The notes: generated by a model not told the origin, from the letters alone. DNA of 64,000 nucleotides from Tubulanus polymorphus (GCF_964204645.1 NC_134032.1:2876175-2940174); one strand, 5' to 3'; shown: positions 51,539 through 62,595, numbered from the stretch's first letter. Numbers and translations: made by a program.

Positions 51539-54500
51539 TTACTTATGTACACACTCGAGGTGCACAAGTTTATCAACTGGGCGTACAAGAGAATTTTGCG
51601 ACCTTGTCTTCAAGGTAACAACCCTGACTTTATTGTCCTTTCCCGGATGTACGCTAATAACTCGGCCTAGCGGCCAACAACACCTAGGGAGTGTGTGGTC
51701 CATCACTAAAACAATGTCACCAACGCTAAAATTGACGCTCGGCTTTTGCCATCGCTGGCGCTCCTGTAACACAGGCAAATACTCTTTAACCCAACGTCGC
51801 CAAAACGTATTGGCAAGATACTGTACTTGACGCCACTTTCTCTTTATATACATATCAGTAGGTTTAAAGACACCTGGCGGCATGGTGCCTCCGGCGCGCA
51901 AGAGCAAGATATGATTAGGCGTTAGGGCTTGTAAGTCACTGACATCTCCAGAAATCGCGGTAAGTGGACGCGAGTTAATTACAGATTCCACTTCGCACAT
52001 TAGAGTGGACAAATTCTCGTCGTTTAACACTTGTTGGCTTAACAACGCATTAAGCACCTTTCGAACTGTTCTTATGCAACGCTCCCATACGCCACCGAAG
52101 TGCGATCCACTTGGCGGATTAAATTCCCACGTAATTTCGCGCTGGAGCATGAATCCTTCGATTTTCTCCTGGTTCCACCCAGCTATTGAATCACGTAATT
52201 CTCGTTGAGCTCCAGTAAAGTTGGTTCCATTATCACTTCTTATACACTCCGGGTTGCCCCTCCTGGCTATGAAACGTCTCAGAGCATTTATGAACGCAGA
52301 GGTGTCCATAGAATTAGCGATTTCCAAGTGGACTGCTCGCGATGACATACAGGTAAAAATACAGCCATATCGCTTTACTTGACTTCTGCCGATCTTTACC
52401 AAATACGGACCAAAATAATCAATTCCGACGTTCGAAAAAGGCGGTTTATCAGCGACTAGCCTTTCAGGTGGTAAGTCCGCCATCATTTGTTGACCTGGAA
52501 GACCTTGTCTCTTTTTGCAGTCAATGCAGTCCCTCAGAATACGATATACTGCTGACATACCGTGGACTATCCAATACTTCTCGCGTACAAGTGACAGAAC
52601 GTGGTTTCGACCGGAATGTCCAGCCCTATAACGATGGTAATGGCGGATAATAAGCTTAGTTACATGTTCATTTGGTGGAAGTATTAAAGGATGCTTCTGG
52701 TCCTCGTTCACTGTTGAGTAAGACAGACGTCCACCAACTCTCAGCTGTCCATTTACCACTATGGGGTTTAGACGCCGAAGTACACTAGTCTTCTTAACGA
52801 ATTTGCGATATTTACGTCTATCTGTCGTTCTGTTCTGCTCCAGTCTTTCCATTTCTTTACCGTAAACTTTACGCTGTACAGCTTCAACAATGGCGCTTTC
52901 GGCAGCTCTCAATTCGGGTACAGTTATATGTTTGTATGCGGTACCTTGAGCTGCAGTATTTAGTCCCTTCCGTTTAGAGACAGATTGTTTCAGTCTTGCT
53001 ATAAAACGCATAACCAACGCCGCTACAATTTTGGCCTTATGCCACGTTGAAGATCTATCTGCTATGTTTAGCAGCACGCTGGTTGACGATGAGTTGATTT
53101 CCAAGTCCTTTGAAACAAATGTCTTTTTAACTTCTGTATCTTCTATTGATACATCGTGATTTCCGAATTCTTGTCGAGGCCATTCGCTTTCTTGTTTTCG
53201 TAGAAACTCTGGCCCAGCAACCCATCTGTCATTTTGCAGGAATTGCTGAGCAGTGAGTCCTCGAGAGACTTCATCGGCTGGGTTTAAAACCCCCGGTATG
53301 TATCTCCATTGCTCTGGGTTTGAACCTTCTTGGATAATTGATAACCTGTTTGCGACGAATACCTTGAAACGACTACTCGTATTGCTGATGTACTTCAAGA
53401 CAGCCTGGCTGTCGGACCAGAATGTGGAGTTGTCGATATCCAGGTCGAGTTCTTCGCGAAGCATACGATCCAGTTTCACTGCTAATACTGCTGCAGACAG
53501 CTCGAGACGTGGTATTGACATCACCTCGAGTGGGGCCAATCTCGACCTTGACGCTAAGAATGCAGAATGTATGTGCCCATTTTCATTAATAAGACGTACG
53601 TATGAAACTGCACCAAATCCTTTCTCAGATGCGTCTGCAAAATGATGAAGCTGTGTTGAAGTCGCGCGACCAAAATTAGCGGGTCTAATACATCTTGGGA
53701 CTGAGAACTCTTCCAGCAGGGGTAGGTCTTGCAGCCAATTACTCCACTCACGTTCATAATTCGCGGGTACTTTGTCATCCCAACCTAGTCCGGACTTACA
53801 CAGGTGTTGAGATATGACCTTCGCTGGTAGCAGTAATGGCGAAGCAAGTCCGAGCGGATCGTAAATAGCACTGACTACAGACAGCATCCCACGTCGAGTA
53901 ACAGGTTGTGGCTTAATATTCACTTTAAAACGTAACGTATCAGTTTCCATGTCCCACCAGACGCCGAGGACGCGGTCACCAGGCAGATCATGATCACCCA
54001 ATTCGCGCAGAGGGGGTGCTCGTTCTTCTGGTGGAATATGTTCGACAACTTCTCTCGAATTTGAAGCAAACTTAGTCAGTCGAAATCCACCTCTTGACAA
54101 TAGACAGCTTAACTGATTGATCATTGTTGTGGCAGCTTGAGACGATTCCACAGACCTGAGACAATCGTCCACGTAAAAGTTTCGATGTACCGTTTCAACT
54201 ATATCTGCGGCGAAGTCCGCTCTGTTGTCGTCTGCTGTCCTATGTAGAGCATAGTTACAAACACTTGGTGATGAGGCTGCTCCGAAGATGTGAACCTTCA
54301 TACGGTGGTCAATAGGTGGCTGTTCAATATCGTGGTCTGGCCACCACAGGAAGCGTAACGCGTTTCGATCTCGTTCTTCAACATTCACCTGGTGAAACAT
54401 GCTCTCTATGTCTCCAATGAATGCGACATGTTCCTGTCGGAAGCGACTTAATACACCAATCAAGGAATTAGTGAGATCTGGTCCCTGATACAGCATGTCG

Positions 54501-56944
54501 TTTAGTGATCTACCCTGATATTTAGCTGAACAGTCGAATACCACTCTAAGCTTGTCTGGTTTCCGCGGATGCCATACTGGGTGGTGAGGCAAGTACCAGA
54601 CATATGGCGATACAACTTCTTCAACTGGGACTTGTTCGGCGAATCCGAGCTCCAACAGACGATCAATATATTTTGTATACTTAGCTTGTAATTCTTCATT
54701 TTTTAGGAGACGACCCTTCAGTAGATATAATCTGTGTTCGGCCATAACTCTATTGTTGACCAATTCTGAAGGAGGGTATTTCCATGGTAACCCTACCTCG
54801 TAATGATTTTCTCTCATAACAGCTGTACTCTCGATCGCTGAGAGAGCTTTCTTGTCATCCACTGACATAGCTGAAGCATCAGTAAATGCGTCGCTGAATT
54901 CACGATTGCAGAATTCACGGAATCTCTGATTAAGTTCATCATCGCTGCCTTTGACTAGATTAACTGAACCTTTGTTGATCACTTCATATGGCTGGGCTGT
55001 ACCATATACTGTCCAGCCGAACTGTGTACGTACAGCAAATGGACCGTTGCTGTTAGCCGGTTTCCGTACTTCTATTGGTTCCAATGCAGCTGGATTGTCG
55101 TTACCTATCAGCAGCTCCACACGAGAGTCGATGTTTGAGACTGTAACGCCATCCAGGTGGGGCCACTTGTTGACTTCGTCTTGACATACCATGTCATTCT
55201 TCGAGACTGGTAAGGACGGTGTAGATAGCATGTTCCGCAGCTGAAGAGAACTGCACCCATCCAAACTATAGGCATTGATTGATATTTCCCGACACTCAAC
55301 AGTCTCAACCCTTCTTAAAGTGCTCAGCTGATAGCGTTTATACTCAGCAGGAATTTTAAGACGATCTATCAAGCTCTCGGTACAGAATGAAACTGTTGAG
55401 CCGCTGTCGAGTAGCGCGTACGTTGTTAGCTGACAATCATTAGCTTTCAGCAAAACTGGTACTATAGGTAGCTTTACTGTTCCAGGAACTGGATTTCTTA
55501 CAAAGGCATTCTTCACGGGTGGAGGCTGTTCTGTATGCAGCAGACTATGATGGCGTTTGCCACATGTACGACACGATGCTTGACTACGACATGTCCTAGC
55601 TCTGTGCTTCATCTTCATACAATTATAGCATAGCGCCTTTTCACGAGCAAACTTACGACGATCTTCAACTGATTTGTCTAAAAATATTTTACACTGATCA
55701 AGCCAGTGATTTTCACTACAATAAACACAGTTCTTTCGTGAGTCCTTAGAGTATATTTCTTCAGCGTTCGTAGTAAATGTTTTCTTTTTTATCGGATGAT
55801 TCTGTTTCGATTTATCTTTCGAGTCATTAATGTCCCCGAATATCGGATGAGTATGAACTCGTGCTTCATGTTCAATAAAACTAGCGATGTCTGATATTGT
55901 TATTTCTCTTTCAAGGTTCGTGATGTAATCTGCTTTCGTACGCCATCTCTTTCGCATGTCGTAAGGCAGTCTGTAGATCAAACGACGCATAAAGTCTGGA
56001 TTCTCTATTTTACTCACGTAACCAATTTGACTTAGGACATTCGCACAAGAATTTAATATCACAGATAGCTTCTGGAGACTTGCTCCGTCTTCGGAACGTA
56101 TTGGAGGGCCATTCGTAACCTTGTCGATATACGCAGTTGCGATCCGGTAATTCTGGCCATAATGCCTTTTTAAGGCGTCGAGCGCATTGGCGAGACCAAC
56201 ATTTGGTTCATTGGTTAAGAATGCTTTCACTACTTCGTTGGCTTCACCCTTCGTATACTGTTGTAACATATATAAACGTGTACTTGCATTTTGAGTTTTC
56301 GATGCAATAAGATTTTCATATGCAGAGATGAACGGGTAATAATCGATCGGATTGCCATCGAAAGTGGGCATCTCTGGTTTCGGAAGAGTTAATTCAAGAT
56401 TACTCTGCTGTTGGTGCGAAAACATTTGTTCTACGCAAGACATCATATTACTCATGTCACTTCTTGAGTTAACATTCTGCGGATACCACTCACGTGCTTC
56501 GGCCGATAGTGGCGGCACCTTTGTTTCGGTTTGACTGGAACTAAGAATTGGTTTCGATGATCTCGGCGCACTGTCGTTGTCACAATCTGCTTCGTTATAT
56601 ACATGCTGCCTTACAGCCGACTGTTCCAGTTCTGATTCGATTTGTAGCAATGCCGCAGCAGCATCGAGCTCTAGGAGCTGTTCTTTATGTTTAAGTTCGA
56701 GACGTAATTTTTCTCGCTGAAGTTGTTGCTGTTCTTTGGCTTTCAGCAACTTAGTTTCTAGGCTACATCTGGTAGCTTCTTCTTCTAACAGCTTTAAACG
56801 TATCGAGGATGTACTTGAACACTGACTTACTGAGTCTGATGCATCAAGGTCACGGGTGAGGTCACCGTACTTAATCGTGGAGTCAGCATCTTCTTCCTGT
56901 ATTGTCTTACTTGTAGTTTTCTTCAATTTCAGTTCTTCCGTCAT
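51539..56944 (-). CDS. BEL/Pao Gag-Pol polyprotein (Gag, three Zn knuckles, aspartic protease, RT, RNase H, integrase)
   Basis: PTFDGNP, three Cys/His knuckles, ALLDSGS, FYVDD, FADASEKG, IDYFGP / SDNGTN / WERCIR; first ATG at 56944. Confidence 0.96.
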   Translation of the reverse strand: MTEELKLKKTTSKTIQEEDADSTIKYGDLTRDLDASDSVSQCSSTSSIRLKLLEEEATRCSLETKLLKAKEQQQLQREKLRLELKHKEQLLELDAAAALLQIESELEQSAVRQHVYNEADCDNDSAPRSSKPILSSSQTETKVPPLSAEAREWYPQNVNSRSDMSNMMSCVEQMFSHQQQSNLELTLPKPEMPTFDGNPIDYYPFISAYENLIASKTQNASTRLYMLQQYTKGEANEVVKAFLTNEPNVGLANALDALKRHYGQNYRIATAYIDKVTNGPPIRSEDGASLQKLSVILNSCANVLSQIGYVSKIENPDFMRRLIYRLPYDMRKRWRTKADYITNLEREITISDIASFIEHEARVHTHPIFGDINDSKDKSKQNHPIKKKTFTTNAEEIYSKDSRKNCVYCSENHWLDQCKIFLDKSVEDRRKFAREKALCYNCMKMKHRARTCRSQASCRTCGKRHHSLLHTEQPPPVKNAFVRNPVPGTVKLPIVPVLLKANDCQLTTYALLDSGSTVSFCTESLIDRLKIPAEYKRYQLSTLRRVETVECREISINAYSLDGCSSLQLRNMLSTPSLPVSKNDMVCQDEVNKWPHLDGVTVSNIDSRVELLIGNDNPAALEPIEVRKPANSNGPFAVRTQFGWTVYGTAQPYEVINKGSVNLVKGSDDELNQRFREFCNREFSDAFTDASAMSVDDKKALSAIESTAVMRENHYEVGLPWKYPPSELVNNRVMAEHRLYLLKGRLLKNEELQAKYTKYIDRLLELGFAEQVPVEEVVSPYVWYLPHHPVWHPRKPDKLRVVFDCSAKYQGRSLNDMLYQGPDLTNSLIGVLSRFRQEHVAFIGDIESMFHQVNVEERDRNALRFLWWPDHDIEQPPIDHRMKVHIFGAASSPSVCNYALHRTADDNRADFAADIVETVHRNFYVDDCLRSVESSQAATTMINQLSCLLSRGGFRLTKFASNSREVVEHIPPEERAPPLRELGDHDLPGDRVLGVWWDMETDTLRFKVNIKPQPVTRRGMLSVVSAIYDPLGLASPLLLPAKVISQHLCKSGLGWDDKVPANYEREWSNWLQDLPLLEEFSVPRCIRPANFGRATSTQLHHFADASEKGFGAVSYVRLINENGHIHSAFLASRSRLAPLEVMSIPRLELSAAVLAVKLDRMLREELDLDIDNSTFWSDSQAVLKYISNTSSRFKVFVANRLSIIQEGSNPEQWRYIPGVLNPADEVSRGLTAQQFLQNDRWVAGPEFLRKQESEWPRQEFGNHDVSIEDTEVKKTFVSKDLEINSSSTSVLLNIADRSSTWHKAKIVAALVMRFIARLKQSVSKRKGLNTAAQGTAYKHITVPELRAAESAIVEAVQRKVYGKEMERLEQNRTTDRRKYRKFVKKTSVLRRLNPIVVNGQLRVGGRLSYSTVNEDQKHPLILPPNEHVTKLIIRHYHRYRAGHSGRNHVLSLVREKYWIVHGMSAVYRILRDCIDCKKRQGLPGQQMMADLPPERLVADKPPFSNVGIDYFGPYLVKIGRSQVKRYGCIFTCMSSRAVHLEIANSMDTSAFINALRRFIARRGNPECIRSDNGTNFTGAQRELRDSIAGWNQEKIEGFMLQREITWEFNPPSGSHFGGVWERCIRTVRKVLNALLSQQVLNDENLSTLMCEVESVINSRPLTAISGDVSDLQALTPNHILLLRAGGTMPPGVFKPTDMYIKRKWRQVQYLANTFWRRWVKEYLPVLQERQRWQKPSVNFSVGDIVLVMDHTLPRCCWPLGRVISVHPGKDNKVRVVTLKTRSQNSLVRPVDKLVHLECVHK

Positions 56945-56966
56945 CTTTAGTCTTCGTCTAAACTTT

Positions 56967-57514
56967 TGTAACTGCCAATCTTGAATCTTGCAAATAAACT
57001 TAACGCAACAATCTTCTTGGTTTAAACGCAACTCTTTGACTTTTTTATTCTTGAATCAACTTAATCTTGTGTTGTTCTTGACATATCCTGCCGTTGTTCT
57101 TTACATATGTTGTTGTTGGTTTCTAATAAAATAAACAATATTACACTATAAGAATATTGCAACATAGGAAATTAATATCGAAAGTAAAAAGAAAATGTCT
57201 TCCATCTTTACCGGAAGTCACGTACTCAATAATTAAATTCAATAAACTTTCGCGACTGATTTAAAGCACATTAAACTATAGTTACTGATTACTGAATATT
57301 AATACACATTTAGAAGATATTCTGCTATGTACTTACAGACGTTTTGGGATTGATCTAACATAAATTTGGCAGAAACAAACGTAAAAACTAAAACTGTCTT
57401 AAAATTGCAATCACATGGATACCATCTTAACTTTTAGTACAAAGAAATACCGCATGAGGGCGCCACTAGCTAGAGCAAAATTAACTGTTACAAATTACAC
57501 AATTGAACACTACA
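56967..57514 (-). repeat. 5' LTR (548 bp)
   Basis: Direct repeat of 50779-51326. Confidence 0.95.
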
Positions 57515-57550
57515 CCTCCCATATAAATGCATAATTTTTTTGCTAAATAA

Positions 57551-57973
57551 ATGGCTTCTGCAATTATAACTATTATAGGATCGGCAATTGTTAACGCTTT
57601 AGCATTTACTGGTGGTGGTTATTTATTTAAACATATTGATAAAAATAGTTCATTAGGAGAACAAAGAAGACATAACTTAGCGTTAGAGAAATACAATAAA
57701 GCTGCAGAAGAATATAGAGAAAAGAGACAAAACTATATGGATTACATCAATAAAGAATTATATGATCAGAAGATTTCACATAGAGATTTTCAATCAGTTG
57801 ATGATGCTATGAGTTTATATAACGCAGTAACAAATAAAGAAAAATTACATCTATACAAACCTAAATTATCAGATTATTATACCCCAAGTAAAGAACAACA
57901 GAAATATGAAATAATATGGATTTTAGGTGGAACAGTTATTGTTATATTTGTTGCTTATAAGTTTACTAATTAG
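57551..57973 (+). CDS. Polinton putative membrane protein (140 aa)
   Basis: Hydrophobic N-terminus, central coiled coil, C-terminal TM; TAAATG start. Confidence 0.8.
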   Translation: MASAIITIIGSAIVNALAFTGGGYLFKHIDKNSSLGEQRRHNLALEKYNKAAEEYREKRQNYMDYINKELYDQKISHRDFQSVDDAMSLYNAVTNKEKLHLYKPKLSDYYTPSKEQQKYEIIWILGGTVIVIFVAYKFTN

Positions 57974-57993
57974 TAATTTTTTTTGCTAAATAA

Positions 57994-58428
57994 ATGGAAG
58001 ATAAAGTTGATAGTATTGATATTATTCCTCATGATATAAATAAAACTAAATTAAAAACATATTTAGAAAAACAAATATTAGAATTTGAAAGTGACTTAAA
58101 GATAAAAAAGAAAAAATATTTAAAAAGTAAAATTATATATTATTTGATTATTAGTGGTTCGGTTACAATTAGTTCTGTAATAACATTTCTAGCAATATTC
58201 AGTCCATTAACACCTTTAGCTATATCAATTGGTGTATTAGGATTAAGTTCAAGTGTTTTAACTGGTATAAGTTCAAAATTAAATATAAAAAGTAATAAAG
58301 AAAAAATCAAAACTAATATAAAAGAAATAAATAAATTAAAGAACACACTAGATTATATAATAAGTTTAAATGGTCATATAACGGTTGAAGAACAAGATAA
58401 ATTATTAAAAGAATTAATAAATTATTAA
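57994..58428 (+). CDS. Polinton putative two-TM protein (144 aa)
   Basis: Hydrophobic hairpin between coiled coils; TAAATG start. Confidence 0.8.
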   Translation: MEDKVDSIDIIPHDINKTKLKTYLEKQILEFESDLKIKKKKYLKSKIIYYLIISGSVTISSVITFLAIFSPLTPLAISIGVLGLSSSVLTGISSKLNIKSNKEKIKTNIKEINKLKNTLDYIISLNGHITVEEQDKLLKELINY

Positions 58429-58444
58429 TTTTTTAGTTATATAA

Positions 58445-59758
58445 ATGGGGTTTCCAAAAGCTTTCCAATATAATAAATCAATTAAATATAATATTCCGGC
58501 AATAGATTTTAAGAAAAATATTACATATAAAAATATAGTTTTAAATTCATTAACTAATTTAGAAATTTATGTTAATGAATCACAGTTTTTTATTTCTAAA
58601 ATGGAAAATATATTTAATACATATGAAGTTACTTTTACTCGAGATGAATATCATAAATATAAAGTAAAATCTAATATGAAGTATTGGCAGAACCAATTAA
58701 ATTTTGCTGTTTATTGTGCAACAACAGGATGTGGAATTAGTTGGAATGATCATTTGAATAACTTAGATAAAAATTTGAAGTATTCTGATTTAAAATTAAT
58801 TCACACAATATTTAGATTTCACACATATTTTCAAATCAGAATAATATTAAATGAATTAGAATGTCCTTTACCTGGGTCTAAATATTTTAAAGAATTGGAT
58901 AATAATATTAATATATCCAAGTTTTATAAAATATGTAATGAATTTAATATAAATATTAATTCCGATTTTAGAGCGCATGGTAAATTGCAAGGTGTTGGTG
59001 AAGAGTTTGAAATAAAAAGAATTGATTATATGCATAGAATTTCAGCTTATCATAATTATAAAATTGATAATAATAATGGTTGGGTTAATTTCATTTTAGA
59101 AAATGGTGAAGGTTTTACAAAATCAGGTATACAAAGAATAAATCAATCTATTAGAATTTTTTTGATATGTATTTTAGGCGCTCAAGTTGAAACAAGATCC
59201 CCAATAATTGGAAATGATAACACTTCATTCGATGCGCAGAAACAGTTTAAAGTTTTATTTGAAGATTCAATTCATAATGATAAAAATAGATCGATTCCAG
59301 AAAACATTATAAGATATCAAAATTATTTAGATAAATCTCATGTAAGACTTAATTATTGTATAGGCCCTAATCTATTAATTATTTCTAATGATTTAGTATT
59401 AAAGATGGGAAACATAATTGGTTATAATAATCTAATTAAAACTGCAACAATAAACAATTCATTTGGATTAAATGATATAAATAAAAAGATTATTACTGCT
59501 CCAAAATTAATGGAAGGTGAAAAAAATAAAAAACATATTCAATCAACAGAAACTAAAACTAATAATATTAAATTAAATAATGATTCTGAAATAAAAGATT
59601 ACAATACTACAGAAAATGGTGCCATACGGCACCCACACGGTGATATTCAACATGATGTAATTAAACTAAATGATGATAATAAATTCCATGAAAATACTAA
59701 ATTAGCTATAACTTGTATAGGAATTGTTATAGGAGGAATATTATATTTTAAATTTTAA
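58445..59758 (+). CDS. Polinton protein of unknown function with a C-terminal TM anchor (437 aa)
   Basis: Long intact ORF, WQNQLNFAVYCATTGCGIS block, terminal LAITCIGIVIGGILYF. Confidence 0.8.
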   Translation: MGFPKAFQYNKSIKYNIPAIDFKKNITYKNIVLNSLTNLEIYVNESQFFISKMENIFNTYEVTFTRDEYHKYKVKSNMKYWQNQLNFAVYCATTGCGISWNDHLNNLDKNLKYSDLKLIHTIFRFHTYFQIRIILNELECPLPGSKYFKELDNNINISKFYKICNEFNININSDFRAHGKLQGVGEEFEIKRIDYMHRISAYHNYKIDNNNGWVNFILENGEGFTKSGIQRINQSIRIFLICILGAQVETRSPIIGNDNTSFDAQKQFKVLFEDSIHNDKNRSIPENIIRYQNYLDKSHVRLNYCIGPNLLIISNDLVLKMGNIIGYNNLIKTATINNSFGLNDINKKIITAPKLMEGEKNKKHIQSTETKTNNIKLNNDSEIKDYNTTENGAIRHPHGDIQHDVIKLNDDNKFHENTKLAITCIGIVIGGILYFKF

Positions 59759-59775
59759 TTTTTTTTATTATATAA

Positions 59776-61323
59776 ATGGATGTAGAAGGTGTAGAAGATA
59801 TTGGAATGGATCCTTTTAATGAACCTGGTATAACTGATGAACAACCACCTGATTTTGATGAAACAAGTTTTAATGATGGTAATGAACCAGAATATAACAA
59901 TAATTTAAATATGCCTGATTATATTAAAAATGCTGAATCACAATTAAATCCTGAAAATTTAGACCCAGATTTAGTAAAACAAGATTTAGATAATTTAAAC
60001 AAAATACCTAAATTAGAAGATTTAATTGAAAAATCTAAACTTAACATAAATGATGAAGACGTTGGACTTTTAGCAGATCAATTAAAAATTTTAGATAATG
60101 GTAAATGTTATTATCGTTTGAAAGGTGATTATTATATTGATATCACTTATAAAAATAATAAAAATAAAATATTATCAGAATCAACTTTAGAAAAATTAAA
60201 ACCAGATAGAATTAAAATAATAAGTAATAGTAATGAAATAACTGATGTTACACAAAAAGAAATAGATGATAATATAGATGTATTTAAACAAAGAATTAAT
60301 GAATTATTTGAAATAATCAAAAAGAAATCAGAAACAGAAATGGAAGAGAATAGAGATAAATTAAGATCTTCAACACCCGAAACATCGAGAAGAGACACTC
60401 AACAAATTGATAATGATTTAAGTCAATCACAATTAGAAAAACGTTTTGATAACATATGGAATAAAACTTCCAAAACTAGTAAACTTAAATCAAATAAAGT
60501 TCCAATTGAAAAACTTTTACCGAATGGATTACTTGATGCAACAGATCAAGAATTAGAAGATTTAGATATATTTTCTGATAAAGCAATTAGAGAAATTATT
60601 AGTATAAGACTTGCATCTGATAAAATTGCGCATAATAAAAGTATAAGAGATCAAAAAATTACGTATTTGGAAAAAGAATTAACTGATAAAAATAAAGAAA
60701 TAGAACAATTAAAGTCTGATTTAGATCATCAAGTAATTGATGAAATAGAATATAGGCAAAAAGAATTACGTTTAGAAAAAGAAATTAGTAATTTAAAAGA
60801 TAATTTAGAAGTACAGAAAGAAGAAATTAAATTATTATTAAAATCATATGATTATAATATTAATAGATTAAAAGTTATTTTCAAAGATTTGTTGATTAAA
60901 CCAAATTCTGAAATATCATTAAAAGACAGGATAAAATTGTTATTTAAATTAGAAGGAATAACAATTCTTTCAATTCTAACAGCTGTAACTATGTTATTTA
61001 CAACAATTGGTTTAGCTATATCAAATGCTTTAAAATCTACTCCTCCTACTCCCAATAAACCAGATAAACCTCCAAGCAATAATTCTATACAAGATAAAGT
61101 TAAAGATGGTTTAAAGAAATTAGCAAAATATTTATGGGAACTATCAAAGAAATCTGCTGCAGCTTTACCAGGAGTTATTGCTTCAATTGTTGGTTTTATA
61201 TTGAAATCTGCAGGAAACATTATTAACTTTGCTGCTGAACATATTATTTTATTTTTAATTACAGTTGTAAGTGCTATTATTTTTGGGTTAGTGAATATGA
61301 TATCAAAAAATATCAAAAAATAA
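59776..61323 (+). CDS. Acidic/coiled-coil protein with C-terminal hydrophobic helices (515 aa)
   Basis: Long heptad region followed by two to three hydrophobic segments. Confidence 0.8.
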   Translation: MDVEGVEDIGMDPFNEPGITDEQPPDFDETSFNDGNEPEYNNNLNMPDYIKNAESQLNPENLDPDLVKQDLDNLNKIPKLEDLIEKSKLNINDEDVGLLADQLKILDNGKCYYRLKGDYYIDITYKNNKNKILSESTLEKLKPDRIKIISNSNEITDVTQKEIDDNIDVFKQRINELFEIIKKKSETEMEENRDKLRSSTPETSRRDTQQIDNDLSQSQLEKRFDNIWNKTSKTSKLKSNKVPIEKLLPNGLLDATDQELEDLDIFSDKAIREIISIRLASDKIAHNKSIRDQKITYLEKELTDKNKEIEQLKSDLDHQVIDEIEYRQKELRLEKEISNLKDNLEVQKEEIKLLLKSYDYNINRLKVIFKDLLIKPNSEISLKDRIKLLFKLEGITILSILTAVTMLFTTIGLAISNALKSTPPTPNKPDKPPSNNSIQDKVKDGLKKLAKYLWELSKKSAAALPGVIASIVGFILKSAGNIINFAAEHIILFLITVVSAIIFGLVNMISKNIKK

Positions 61324-61347
61324 ATAATTAATTTTTTTGTTAAATAA

Positions 61348-62595
61348 ATGAGTGGGAGTTATATCAGTCCTTCTAAGATTTCTAGAATATCTAATGCTAT
61401 TAAAGCAGAAAGATCACATCATATAATTACTCATAACCCTTCAAATATTAATCCCGATGAAACTTTATACGTTAGAATTCCGAGATTAACACAAAATACT
61501 TTTTATGTTCCAAATAGTATTTATTTATCAGCTGATATAAAAGTAATCGGTAATAATAATAATTATGTCGTTGATAATGTTGGAAGATATTTGATTAAAA
61601 AGTTAACAATAAAGATTGGTCCAGAAACAGTTTTCTCATTAGATGATTATAATTTATTTATGCACTATAAAGATTTATGGTTAACTAAAGAAAATAGAAA
61701 TAATATGATATTTCAAGGAATTCAATCAGAAAACCAAAATAAATTAAGATCAGAAGCTAATAGCGCAATATTAACAAATGATGTAGATAAATTGATAAAA
61801 AGTATATATGGAAGCAAATATAAAATTCCATTAGACTTTGAATTGATAAATAATAATGCACCTTTATATAAATACGCAATTCAAGAAGATATTATATTTG
61901 AGATAACATTTGCTCCTGTAAATGAAATTGTATTATCTAGCGTTGTTAAAGATATGAGTTATAAATTATCGAATATATGTTTAGAATATGATACAGTAAC
62001 TGATGAAAATATTGCTAGAACAATTCAAACTCAATACAATCAAGGATTTTCATTATTATATGATTATATTGATAAATTTAAAACTGTAACTATTAATGCA
62101 AATGATGAAATAATTAATGAGAATATTAACTTCCCTAGAAGATCTATTAAAGGTATATTAATATTTTTTACCATTGGAACGTATACTAATGGCGCAATAA
62201 ATGTTGACAATTATTATAATCCTGAAATAACAAAAGTAGAAATAACTATCGAAGGAATAGCGAATAAAATATTTTGTCAAGGAATGAGAATGATAGATCA
62301 ATGGCCAGAAATTAGAAAACATTTTATGAATGAAAAAGTAAAATCATTTGAAAATTGTAATATTAATCAAATTGATTATTATACCGGTAATAAATATGCA
62401 TTATGGTTAGATTTTAGAACAACAGAAGATAATTCATTACATGGTTCTGGAAAAAAACTACAGAACACTAAAGATGGAATACAATTATTCATGAAAAAGA
62501 ATAAAGGAATCAAAAATTTTAAAATGCACATTTATATTATATCTGACGCACAATTAAATATTGTAAATTCACAATTAGATAGTATTCAATATTAG
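61348..62595 (+). CDS. Probable major capsid protein (double jelly-roll), 415 aa
   Basis: Size, beta-rich pattern (ETLYVRIPRL, LIKKLTIKIG, LWLDFRT) and position next to integrase/ATPase in a Polinton. Confidence 0.7.
   Translation: MSGSYISPSKISRISNAIKAERSHHIITHNPSNINPDETLYVRIPRLTQNTFYVPNSIYLSADIKVIGNNNNYVVDNVGRYLIKKLTIKIGPETVFSLDDYNLFMHYKDLWLTKENRNNMIFQGIQSENQNKLRSEANSAILTNDVDKLIKSIYGSKYKIPLDFELINNNAPLYKYAIQEDIIFEITFAPVNEIVLSSVVKDMSYKLSNICLEYDTVTDENIARTIQTQYNQGFSLLYDYIDKFKTVTINANDEIINENINFPRRSIKGILIFFTIGTYTNGAINVDNYYNPEITKVEITIEGIANKIFCQGMRMIDQWPEIRKHFMNEKVKSFENCNINQIDYYTGNKYALWLDFRTTEDNSLHGSGKKLQNTKDGIQLFMKKNKGIKNFKMHIYIISDAQLNIVNSQLDSIQY

Larger units (their letters stand above)
50779..57514 (-). 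mobile_element. Full-length BEL/Pao LTR retrotransposon nested in the Polinton
   Basis: Two 548-bp TG...CA LTRs, 5-bp TSD CCTCC (50774-50778, 57515-57519), single gag-pol ORF. Confidence 0.97.

Noticed and set aside
51528-56534. Short plus-strand and alternate-frame ORFs within the retrotransposon
   Set aside because: Shadows of the GC-richer gag-pol ORF, with no motifs
56945-57031. ORF-track N-terminal extension of gag-pol to 57031
   Set aside because: Non-ATG start inside the LTR; the first ATG is at 56944
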